Positions 40,782 through 49,611 of a DNA stretch of 64,000 nt are shown here, in pieces. The stretch is from positions 8,896,001 through 8,960,000 of the forward strand of contig JASGJH010000001.1 in assembly GCA_047601445.1 (NCBI GenBank). Direction: 5' to 3'. The position numbers and the translations under genes are program-made. Position 1 is the stretch's first letter, and every line of letters begins with the position of its first letter. A model generated the notes under the pieces. The model ran no database searches. It was not told the DNA's origin and was given only the letters and a program-made list of their open reading frames with translations. The stretch is from Myxococcales bacterium (lineage in GTDB: Bacteria; Myxococcota_A; Polyangia; Polyangiales; DASUME01).

Positions 40782-41552
40782 ATGTCGATGGATTTTCGCG
40801 TGGTGATTCCAGCTCGCTTCGGCTCGTCGCGCTTGCCGGGCAAACCGTTGCTTCCGATCGCCGGCAAGCCGATGATCGAGCACGTTTGGCAGCGCGCGCA
40901 GGAGTCGGGTGCCCGTGAGATCGTGGTGGCCACCGACGACGAGCGCATTTTACGGGCCGTCGAGGCGTTTGGCGGTCGCGCCGTGATGACCCTGCCGACC
41001 CACGCTTCCGGTACTGATCGGCTGGCGGAGGTGGCGCAGACGCTCGGCTGGCCCGAGCAAACCATCGTGGTGAACCTACAGGGGGACGAGCCGTTGTTGC
41101 CGGGGCGCTGGCTCGCGCGCATCGCGAGCCTGCTCGACCGCGAGACCCGCGCCGGCATCGCGACCCTCGCCACGCCCGTGACGAACCCCGTCGACATCGG
41201 GAATCCGAACGTGGTGAAGGTGGTGCTGGATCAGGAGAGCTTTGCGCTCTACTTCAGCCGAGCGCCGATTCCCTGGGTGCGCGACAGCTACGCTGCGCCC
41301 GGTGGCTTCAGCCTTGGGCACGACGTGCCGGTGCTGCGCCACCTCGGGCTCTACGCCTACCGCGTGGGCGCCCTGACGCGTGTGGCCAGCAGTCCGCTCG
41401 CGGCGCTCGAACGGGCGGAGGCACTCGAGCAACTGCGCGCCCTCCACTTGGGCATTCGAATCTGCGTTGAGGTCACCACGGAAAGCCTGGGACACGGTGT
41501 CGATACGGCATCGGACCTGGAAGCGGTCGCGGCCATCCTGCGAGCGCGGTAG
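40782..41552 (+). CDS. kdsB: CMP-Kdo synthetase (KdsB/KpsU)
   Basis: IPARFGSSRLPGKPL, SGTDR, NLQGDEP, ALYFSR, HLGLYAY, LEQLR. Confidence 0.95.
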   Translation: MSMDFRVVIPARFGSSRLPGKPLLPIAGKPMIEHVWQRAQESGAREIVVATDDERILRAVEAFGGRAVMTLPTHASGTDRLAEVAQTLGWPEQTIVVNLQGDEPLLPGRWLARIASLLDRETRAGIATLATPVTNPVDIGNPNVVKVVLDQESFALYFSRAPIPWVRDSYAAPGGFSLGHDVPVLRHLGLYAYRVGALTRVASSPLAALERAEALEQLRALHLGIRICVEVTTESLGHGVDTASDLEAVAAILRAR

Positions 41553-41567
41553 CCTGGCGGGCGGGCG

Positions 41568-44500
41568 ATGAAAGTCCTCTACTACCTCGAGCCGTACGTC
41601 GAATTCGGCAATCCGCTATTCCGCATGGCGACCATTCGCAATCATCTGGAGCCCGAGATCGCGGGCCTCCAGCTGGCGCGGGCGAGGGACGTTGAGGTGC
41701 GCCTCCTGTGCTCGGAGGCCGTGGCGGATGTGATTCGCGTCGAGGCTCGTTTGCCCGGTGTGCCTCTGGTGACCGTGGCGCAGGCCGAGTTGGAGCCGAT
41801 TTATCCGGAGTATCTCGAGGCGTCGGCGCGCTTCTACGAGGGAAACTACACCGGCGCAGCGCTCGAGCGCGCCATGGCATTGTACCGACGAAAGCTCGGG
41901 GCCTACGAGCCCGACGTGATCGTCTGCTACGAGTCCAACGCGCCGTTCCTGGCCAAGCTCTTTCCGCGCGCATTGTTCCTTCACAACACGCTCGGCATCT
42001 TTTCGAGAGCGCCGTTTCCGGAGACGTCTGCGCTCGATCCATTCGGTATCGGCAAGGACTCGTACCTCTCGCGCTGCGGCACCCAGCTCACGGCGCTCGA
42101 ACTCTCGGGGGCGCAACGAGCTCGGCTGGAGCGCTTGAAGGAGAGCGCGCAGCGCGCGCAGGTGGAGCGGAGCCCGCTTGCCCGGGCTGCTTTGCGGCAG
42201 GGGTACGAGCGCGTGGTGCTGCTGCCGCTGCAGGTCTCCAAGTACTTCATGTTCGACGAGAACCTCCCTGAAGAACTTCGGGGCGTCGACCAGCTGGGCC
42301 TGCTCGAGCGCGTGCTCGAAGGTGTCGACCGAAAGATCGGCGTGTGCGTTACCATGCATCGTTCGGAGGCGCGCTTGCTCACGCCGACGCGCTGCAAGGA
42401 ACTGCGCGCGCGCTTTCCCCACTTCCTCTACGACCCGGACGTGCAGCGGGTTCCCTGGCCTTCGCAGCACGTGCTTCCTCACGTGGACGGCGTGGTCACG
42501 GTCTCTTCGGCGGTCGGGCTCTTGGCGATGCTCTGGGATCTCCCGATCGTGGGCCTGGGGCGTTCGCACGTGGCCGCCATCGCATCCAGTCGTTCGCTCG
42601 CGGATTTGCCGAGCTTGCTCTCGAACCCACCGCACGGTGCCCGCGACGGGGCGCTCTATCATCTGCTCACGACCTACTACCCGCAGATGGACCGCTTCCA
42701 CCATCAAGGAGACTGGTATCGGGGCTTTCTGGCGGACTGTCACGCGCGCAAGGACGAGCCGTGTCGCCTCGGATTCTTCCGTGAGATCGCCGATCCGGAC
42801 CAAGTCTTCGAGGGCCTCATCCAGGGCCTGCGCGCCGACGAGGCGAACTCTGCAGCGAGCGCGACGTCCATGAAGGGCACGATGGGAACGAGCCAGGGTG
42901 GGGCGCTGCGCAGCAAGCTGCAGCAGGCGGACGTGGTGTCGTTCGACGTATTCGACACGCTGGTGACGCGCCCGCTCTCGGAGCCGAACGCGCTGTTCGA
43001 CTTGATCGCAGAGCCGGCCAGTCAAGCCTTGCTTCGTCATGGCGTGCGCATCGAGGACTTCGGCGAGTTCTCCGAGCTGCGCCGGCAGGCCGCCAAGCAT
43101 GCGTCGGCCGAGGCCCTCGAGAGCGGCTCCGAGGAATACAACCTCTTGCTGGTGTACGGGTGGTTGGTCCGCAAGCTCGGCGCTCCGCAGGCCTTGGTCG
43201 AGGAGCTCAAGGCCATCGAAGAGCAGGCGGAACTCACCATCGCGTTGCCGCGCGAGGCGGGGCGCGAGGCCTATCAGCAGGCGTTGAACCTGCGCAAGCG
43301 CGTGCTCTTGATCTCGGATACCTATCTGGATTCGCGCTTGGTGGCCGACATCGTGAAGCGCTGCGGCTACACGGGGTTCGAGCGACTCTTCGTGTCGTCT
43401 GACTTCGGCAAGCTGAAGCGCACGGGGAACCTCTACGGGCAAGTTCGGCTGCTGGTGGGGGCCGGGCAGCGTTGGCTCCACGTCGGAGATAACTCGCTCT
43501 CGGATGTACGCGTGCCGGAGCGGCTCGGGATTGGCGCCTATCATCTGTCGAGCGCCACCACGCACTACGCCAACGATCCGCTGGTGCGGGCTGCCTTGCC
43601 GTCCAAGCCTGGCACGAGCTTGGGCGCACGCATCGCAAGCGGCGTGATCGCGCGCAAGTTCTTCGACCGGCCTACCGCGAGTCCGCGAGAAGCCCGCTTC
43701 GACGGCAGCCCCTATCGACTCGGCTTCGAGGCGGGGGGGCCGCTCTTCCTGGGGTTCGCCAGCTGGATCCTCGAGGAGGCCCGGCGCGACGGCATCACGG
43801 ATCTCTATTTCCTCGCGCGCGACGGGCTCGTGCCGAAGCAGGTCAGCGAGCTCTTGCTCGAGGGCGGTGGGGAAGGGCCGGCGACGCACTACATCTGGGC
43901 CTCGCGTCGGGCCTATCTCACCGCGGCGCTCGAGACTCCCTCCGACGTGCTCTCGACCCTCGGCTTGCTCTTCCGCACCGCGACGGTGCGCAGCTTCTTC
44001 GGTGAGCGTTTCGGGCTCGAGGAAGCGGCGCTGGTGCCCGGATCGCTGAGCGCGGCGGGGTTCGGTTCCATCGATGATCCCATCGTTCAAGACGATGCCA
44101 CGGACATGGCACGCCTGCGCACGTTGGTGCTGGCCAATGTGGACGGCGTCCTCGCTCGTGCGAGCCAGGAGCGTGAGCTCTTGATGGGCTACTTGAGGGA
44201 GCGCGGACTGTTCGATCCGCACCGCAAGATCGCGCTGGTGGATCTCGGTCACAACGCGTCACTGCAGGTGGCGCTCGCGCGCCTCTCGGGCCGCAAGGAT
44301 CTCGTGGGGTACTACTTCGCGACCTTCAAGGGCGCGCGAGGTCCCTACCTGCAAGGGCACGCTCTGAAGAGTTACCTGATCGAGTTCGAGGACGCCGCGC
44401 GCAGCGATCATCCCTATGCCCGCAACCTGGGGGTCTTCGAGTTCCTGTTTCTGCCCCCCGAGCCTTCCTTCATGCGCTTCGAGCAGACGTCGCAGGGAGA

Positions 44501-44966
44501 GCGGCGGCCCGTGTTCGCCGAGGTCGACGAGCGGCCTCGCTTCGACGTGGTGCGGGAAGTGCAGCGCGGAGCCCTCGATTTTGCCAGGGACGCCGTGCAG
44601 GCCAGCCTCGGACAGCGGCAGGCGCTCGGCATGTCGAAGAACGAGGCGACGCGTTCTTTCGCCAAGTACTGCGTCGAGCCCGACTTGGCCGACGCCGAGC
44701 TGTTGAACGGTATCGGTTTCGCGAGCGGTCTCGGCAGTCGCGACGTGCACTACCTGATCGCGCCAGTGAGCTTCCACCAACACCGTGTCAATGAGAGCTG
44801 GTGGCGGATCGGCGCGGAGGTGGTGGTCGGTCTGCGGTCGAGCAAACCGAGCGCGCTGGGTGACGCGGGGGCCTGGAAGCGCAAGCTGCTGAAGCTCCAG
44901 CGCGATCCCGGGCGCTTCTTGTCGGACATGCGGCTCGTGCGCAAGTTGCGCGAGTTCGTGGACTGA
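41568..44966 (+). CDS. Multidomain polysaccharide biosynthesis protein: beta-Kdo-transferase-like domain, HAD phosphatase and PRT-like domain (putative ribofuranosyltransferase)
   Basis: LPLQV and VTVSSAVGL..L; SFDVFDTL, LISDTY, HVGDN..SD; LYFLARDG, LVDLGHNASLQ. Confidence 0.75.
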   Translation: MKVLYYLEPYVEFGNPLFRMATIRNHLEPEIAGLQLARARDVEVRLLCSEAVADVIRVEARLPGVPLVTVAQAELEPIYPEYLEASARFYEGNYTGAALERAMALYRRKLGAYEPDVIVCYESNAPFLAKLFPRALFLHNTLGIFSRAPFPETSALDPFGIGKDSYLSRCGTQLTALELSGAQRARLERLKESAQRAQVERSPLARAALRQGYERVVLLPLQVSKYFMFDENLPEELRGVDQLGLLERVLEGVDRKIGVCVTMHRSEARLLTPTRCKELRARFPHFLYDPDVQRVPWPSQHVLPHVDGVVTVSSAVGLLAMLWDLPIVGLGRSHVAAIASSRSLADLPSLLSNPPHGARDGALYHLLTTYYPQMDRFHHQGDWYRGFLADCHARKDEPCRLGFFREIADPDQVFEGLIQGLRADEANSAASATSMKGTMGTSQGGALRSKLQQADVVSFDVFDTLVTRPLSEPNALFDLIAEPASQALLRHGVRIEDFGEFSELRRQAAKHASAEALESGSEEYNLLLVYGWLVRKLGAPQALVEELKAIEEQAELTIALPREAGREAYQQALNLRKRVLLISDTYLDSRLVADIVKRCGYTGFERLFVSSDFGKLKRTGNLYGQVRLLVGAGQRWLHVGDNSLSDVRVPERLGIGAYHLSSATTHYANDPLVRAALPSKPGTSLGARIASGVIARKFFDRPTASPREARFDGSPYRLGFEAGGPLFLGFASWILEEARRDGITDLYFLARDGLVPKQVSELLLEGGGEGPATHYIWASRRAYLTAALETPSDVLSTLGLLFRTATVRSFFGERFGLEEAALVPGSLSAAGFGSIDDPIVQDDATDMARLRTLVLANVDGVLARASQERELLMGYLRERGLFDPHRKIALVDLGHNASLQVALARLSGRKDLVGYYFATFKGARGPYLQGHALKSYLIEFEDAARSDHPYARNLGVFEFLFLPPEPSFMRFEQTSQGERRPVFAEVDERPRFDVVREVQRGALDFARDAVQASLGQRQALGMSKNEATRSFAKYCVEPDLADAELLNGIGFASGLGSRDVHYLIAPVSFHQHRVNESWWRIGAEVVVGLRSSKPSALGDAGAWKRKLLKLQRDPGRFLSDMRLVRKLREFVD

Positions 44967-44975
44967 AGCGGAGTC

Positions 44976-46106
44976 TTATCGCTTGGGCGTGCGCAGGCGC
45001 GTGGCGAGCTTTTTGGCCTTGTAGGCGAGCGTGGAGCGTTGCAGTACGGTGATGCGCTCGGCCAAGCGAGAGAGCTCCTTGGACACGCGCTCGACCTCGG
45101 GGTCCAGCGTCGGCGCGGCGATCTTGCGCGCCTCGAGACGTGAGGCTGCGCGCAGGGCATGGCCCTGCCAGTCGGGTCTTAGCGCGCTCGCGGCCATCTC
45201 CGTGCGCACGAGGAGCTGCAGACGCGCGAGCTTGAGCTCCGACACCTCGAACGGGAGCAAGTAGGCATCGGGCGCGCGGCGCATGTCAACGAACGAGCTG
45301 GCCAAGTCGAAGGCATTGAAGAAACTCTTGTACGCCGGCCGGGAAGCGAGCGTCGGTGCATGCTCGCCGCGATAGACGAGCGTCGGCTTGTGGTGACGTT
45401 GGAGGTCGAGCAGCGTGGTCGAGACGCAGCTGACGCCGAAGGCACACTGCGGGACGAGGGCCTCGGCCGGCAGCTCGCGTTCGAAGCTCACGTTGCGCAG
45501 ACGATAGTCCTCCAGCAGGGCCAAGGCGCTCTCGGCATCATCGCGCCGAAGCTCCCCCGGGTGCGGTCGAAACACGAAGTGCAGATCGGGCTGGTGCGCT
45601 GCCAGCTTGAGCACGGCGATCGCGAACTGGTGACGATCGCGCTCGGGCACGCGATCGCTGCTCGTGACCAGGACGAAGCCAGTGCGCCCGGGAGTCTGTG
45701 CGGGGCGACAGGCGGACTTCAGATAGCCGATCCCGTCGTCGCCCTCCCAGCGCAAGAGCTGCCTGGCGCCGTGTCCGATGGCGAAGGCGTGAGGTTCATC
45801 GAATTGAAGGAAGCGATGCTGAATTTCGAGGGTGGATAGCCCGATCTCCCGGAACAGTTCCAGCAGCTCGAGGTTGTCGAGATTCTCGGGGCGGCGCGCG
45901 CCGGAGAACACCACCAGCAGAGCGAAGTTGTTGGGGTTGAGCGCACACAGGGCTGCGTCGTGGCCGGCGATGGGGAACTTGCCCGCGTGACGCTTGGCCA
46001 GGAGCTCATCGGCGAACAGCACGAAGCAAGCCTGGGGTGCCACGGCATCGATGAAGCAGGCGGCCAGAGAGACCTCCTCTTCGCGGCGCACACTAACGAG
46101 AATCAT
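44976..46106 (-). CDS. Hypothetical GT-B-like polysaccharide protein with C-terminal coiled coil
   Basis: EIQH, FRPHPGE, STTLLD motifs; heptad and basic tail; ATGA overlap with the upstream GT. Confidence 0.6.
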   Translation of the reverse strand: MILVSVRREEEVSLAACFIDAVAPQACFVLFADELLAKRHAGKFPIAGHDAALCALNPNNFALLVVFSGARRPENLDNLELLELFREIGLSTLEIQHRFLQFDEPHAFAIGHGARQLLRWEGDDGIGYLKSACRPAQTPGRTGFVLVTSSDRVPERDRHQFAIAVLKLAAHQPDLHFVFRPHPGELRRDDAESALALLEDYRLRNVSFERELPAEALVPQCAFGVSCVSTTLLDLQRHHKPTLVYRGEHAPTLASRPAYKSFFNAFDLASSFVDMRRAPDAYLLPFEVSELKLARLQLLVRTEMAASALRPDWQGHALRAASRLEARKIAAPTLDPEVERVSKELSRLAERITVLQRSTLAYKAKKLATRLRTPKR

Positions 46107-47215
46107 GGGGACCTCGGGACGGGAGCAAGGCTGAACTCGTGCTCGCGGGCGGACAACAGGGCATGCAGTTGATCACGGAAGGTGTCGCCACGGCTGGCCA
46201 CAGTGTGATGGTCGAGCACGTCGCGGTGAGCGGTTTGGGCCAGGCGTCGTAGCAGCTCGGGCGAGTCGTAGAGGGCGCACAGGGCGTCGTGCCAGTCGCG
46301 CTCGGTCTCGGCGAACATGCCGTTCTCGCCAGCGCGGATCAGGGCGCGGAACTCCTGGCGGGGGCTGGCGATCACCGGCACGGACACGAGCCCGCACTCC
46401 AGGTATTTGAGGGCCGACTTGCAGTCGTTGAAGGCGGTGTCCTCGAGCGGAACCAGGCACGCATCATGGCTCGCGACGAAACCGGGGAGCTCGGTCATCG
46501 GTAGCTTCGCCACGGCCTGCACCTGCGGGAACGCGCGGGCTTCCCAGGGGAGATCGAGCGGTCCTAGCAGGGTCAGGCGCACGTCCGCGTGCGTCTCCAA
46601 GAAACGCCACAGGGCGGGTGCCAGGGCACGGAAATCGGCGTCGTGGGTCTTGGTGCCGGTCATGAACAGGATGCGCTCGAGCTTGCGCGGCACCTTTGCG
46701 AGCGGGCGCATGGTGGTCTCGTCGACGGCGTTGCGAGAGACCATGGCGGGGATGCCGAGTCCATCGAGCTCGTGACGCAGGCGCTCCGTGGACACGAAGA
46801 CCTGGTCGAACGCAGGCAAGAGACGCAGCGTGTTGCGTTGGGTCTGGAGGATCCATACCAGCGCGGCCTGGTCCTGCTTGTTGAGGGCCTTGGTGCGCAT
46901 GTAGCCCGTGTTGCGGGCCTCCCAGGGCGTGAAGATGCGGTCGTCGAGATCGCCGCACACGAGCTTTCCGTAGCTGCGCGCGCGCTCGATGAGCTCGATC
47001 GTGCCGGGCTGCCAGGTGCAGCGGGACAGGATCACCGCGTCGGCGGCCTTCAAGTCCGCTGGCTTGGCGTCGCCCCAAAACATGACCCGCGCCTTGGCCC
47101 CAGCCTGGACCAACTCCTTGGCCTTGAACACGCAGCGATAGATGCGGCTTCCGTCCTGCTCGCGTTGTTCGCCGGACAGTAGGAGGACCTGGAGCTGGGG
47201 CTTGGAAGTCGGCAT
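46103..47215 (-). CDS. Glycosyltransferase (GT4-like)
   Basis: SRIYRC, DLDD, VSTE.L, GTKTHD.DF, PLEDT.FNDCKS.LKYLE.G. Confidence 0.85.
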   Translation of the reverse strand: MPTSKPQLQVLLLSGEQREQDGSRIYRCVFKAKELVQAGAKARVMFWGDAKPADLKAADAVILSRCTWQPGTIELIERARSYGKLVCGDLDDRIFTPWEARNTGYMRTKALNKQDQAALVWILQTQRNTLRLLPAFDQVFVSTERLRHELDGLGIPAMVSRNAVDETTMRPLAKVPRKLERILFMTGTKTHDADFRALAPALWRFLETHADVRLTLLGPLDLPWEARAFPQVQAVAKLPMTELPGFVASHDACLVPLEDTAFNDCKSALKYLECGLVSVPVIASPRQEFRALIRAGENGMFAETERDWHDALCALYDSPELLRRLAQTAHRDVLDHHTVASRGDTFRDQLHALLSAREHEFSLAPVPRSP

Positions 47216-47447
47216 GGAGGTGGGGCCAATCGGCACTCGCCCGATATCATACATGAATCCCGCTGGCCACGGGACCTGCTAAGGGTGCCGGCGCAGCCGT
47301 GGTGCGGGCCTGCTGCCCGCGCGGATGCGGTTGGCGTTCACGGCGCCTTCTTGTTATCACCGCTGCTCCGTTTTCACTGCGCTCGAGCGGTGAGTTAAAG
47401 GCGCGATGCTTCACGACTTGCCCAGCTACCGTAGGCGTTGTCGGTCG

Positions 47448-49596
47448 GTGATTGGCCTCGAGGATCTCACGATGGTCCTGGCCGTCCGGCTGCACCAGGG
47501 CAATCCCTGGCTGCTCGACCGCATCACGGTCCTTCGCCAGCACTACCGTGAGCTTCCTGCCACCGTGGTGGTCGACTTCGGCTCGGCCGAGCCGTTTCGC
47601 TCGCAGCTCGCGTCCGTGTGCGCTGCGAACGGACTCATCTACGTCTTCGAGGACGACCAGGGGACCTACTCGGCGGCCCGAGCGCGCAACCTCGGTGCCC
47701 GGGCTAGCCAGACCGCGTTGCTGTTCTTCAACGACGTGGACTGCTTTGGCGAAGCCGACTTGTTCGAGCGCCTGGTGGAGCACGCCAATCGCCTCGAGAT
47801 GGGGAGCTACCTCGAGCAAGTGGTGAACCTGCCCGTGTACTCTCTGGGCGAGGACGAGACAAACGAAGTGTGGAGCGCACCGCCCGCCGTGCGCGGGGAG
47901 CTCCTGGCGCGCGGCATGATCCGCAAGGCCTACCAGCGCTTCGATACCCAGGCTTACCAGTACGTGGACCCGGCTTCGAACTTCTTCCTGATCCGGCGCG
48001 ACTTCTTCGAGCTGGTCGGGGGCTACAACGAGAGCTTCCGCGGACATGGTTCGGAGGACTTCGAGTTCTTCCTTCGACTCGCACACTACACCGATCAGTT
48101 TCCCTTGCCGGAAGCCTTCGAGCGCGACCTCTATTCGCCAGCCAACCCTGCTTTCTTCGGCCACAAGCTGTATCGCGGCTTTCGGCGCTACATGGAGTTG
48201 ATGGCCTTCCAGGCCGAGTGCGCCGGCCTGCGCGTCGCTCACCTCTACCACGCGCGCGGACAGGGCAGCTGGTACGAGCAGAAGGACCGCGGAAAACGCC
48301 GCTTTGCCGAGCAGATCGAGGGCTACCGCAAGAGCCCCAGCCAACTGCTCGAGCGTGACTGGCTGCCGCGCGAGAAGCGCGCGCTCGTCCTGCTCAAGCA
48401 CGAACAGCAATATCAGTACTTCCTGCCGTTGCGTCTGCTCGGCTACCGGCTGCAGCTCATGTTGTCAGGCGACGCCGAGAGCGAGGGGCGCGCACGCCAG
48501 GCGCTCGAGTCGGGGCAGGTCGACGTGGTGGCCGTGTTCAATCCCTACATGGGATCTCACAAGGAACTTTGGCCGTGGGTCGAGCGGGCACGGGCGAAGG
48601 GCGTGAAGCTCCTGGTCACCGACCGCGGCATGCTGCCGGAGAGCTGGTTCTTCGCCGAAGACATGCCCTACGGCGACTCCGAGTACACCCAGCTCGATCC
48701 CGCGCGCTGGCTCTTCGACGAGGAGGAACTGGGAGATCGCCCGCGAGTACGCGCGCACGCTGCGCAAGGGAGGGGTCACGCTCGAGCAAAACGGGGACTT
48801 CGAAGCCACGGTCGCCCGACGTAGGGGCCCGGCAGGGCAGCTCTGCGTGCTCATCCCACTGCAGCTCGACGATGACGTGGCAGTGACCTTTTTCCACGCC
48901 GCGCACGAGCCTTACGCCAAGTTCGTGGCCGACATCGCCCAGGTGGCCAAGGCGCATCCCCAGGTGCGCTTCCTGGTGAAGACGCACCCGCTCTCCAAGC
49001 GGCCCTTCGAGGCCCGCGCCGAGAACATCGTGGTGTGCGACAGCGATGACAACATCCATGCGCTGATCGAGCTGTGTGATGCCCTGGTCTGCTTCAACAG
49101 CGGCGTGGGCTTTCTCGGCTTGATCCACGAAAAGCCGCTCGTGACGGTGGGTAACGCATTCTACAACCTGCCTGGTACGGGGCAGCGTGCGAGCGCCTTG
49201 GCGCAAGCCTTGGCGCAGGTCGTGGCCCAGCGCAGCGCGCCCGAACCCGAGCTGATGACCCGCTATCTGGCCTGGCACCTCTTCCACAAGTACGCCTTCT
49301 TCAAGGCGACCTCCGAGATCCAGGAGCTGCGCACGCGCCGCGCCCATCACTACCGGAACCTGCTTCCTTATCAGCTCGCGGGAGACCAGCTGGCCTCGCT
49401 CCGCGCCTCGGTGGATTACCGCTTCGACCCCGCGTCTTACGCAGCGGGCAAGCTCGTGGTCTCGGCCAGCCCGCTCGCAGGGGGGGTCCGCCTCAGAAAC
49501 GAGGGCTCCTTGCTGCTGCGCAAGCTGCGCAAGCTGGCCCGAGACCCAAGGCGCTTCGCGCGCGATTCGAAGCTGGGGCGCAAGATCCTGGGGTGA
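47448..49596 (+). CDS. GT2 plus beta-Kdo-transferase-like fusion, interrupted by a +1 frameshift near 48731
   Basis: GT2 motifs (VVDFGS, RARNLG, FNDVD, GY.E.F.GHGSED) followed by PLQLDDD, KTHP, NSGVG, GNAFY in the next frame; removing one G of CTGGGAG joins ORFs 47406..48824 and 48847..49596. Confidence 0.75.
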
Positions 49597-49611
49597 GAGG
49601 GAGTCTTCTCC

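Noticed and set aside
41545..41556. ops-like sequence CGCGGTAGCCTG before the first polymerase gene
   Set aside because: One mismatch to GGCGGTAGnnTG, built on the kdsB stop codon, no JUMPstart context; a chance match is likely at this GC content
41616..44252. Very long antisense ORFs (e.g. 878 aa here, 927 aa at 54159-56942, 762 aa at 16051-18339, 767 aa at 9381-11684)
   Set aside because: They shadow well-supported genes on the opposite strand, lack recognisable motifs, and are expected from high-GC codon bias
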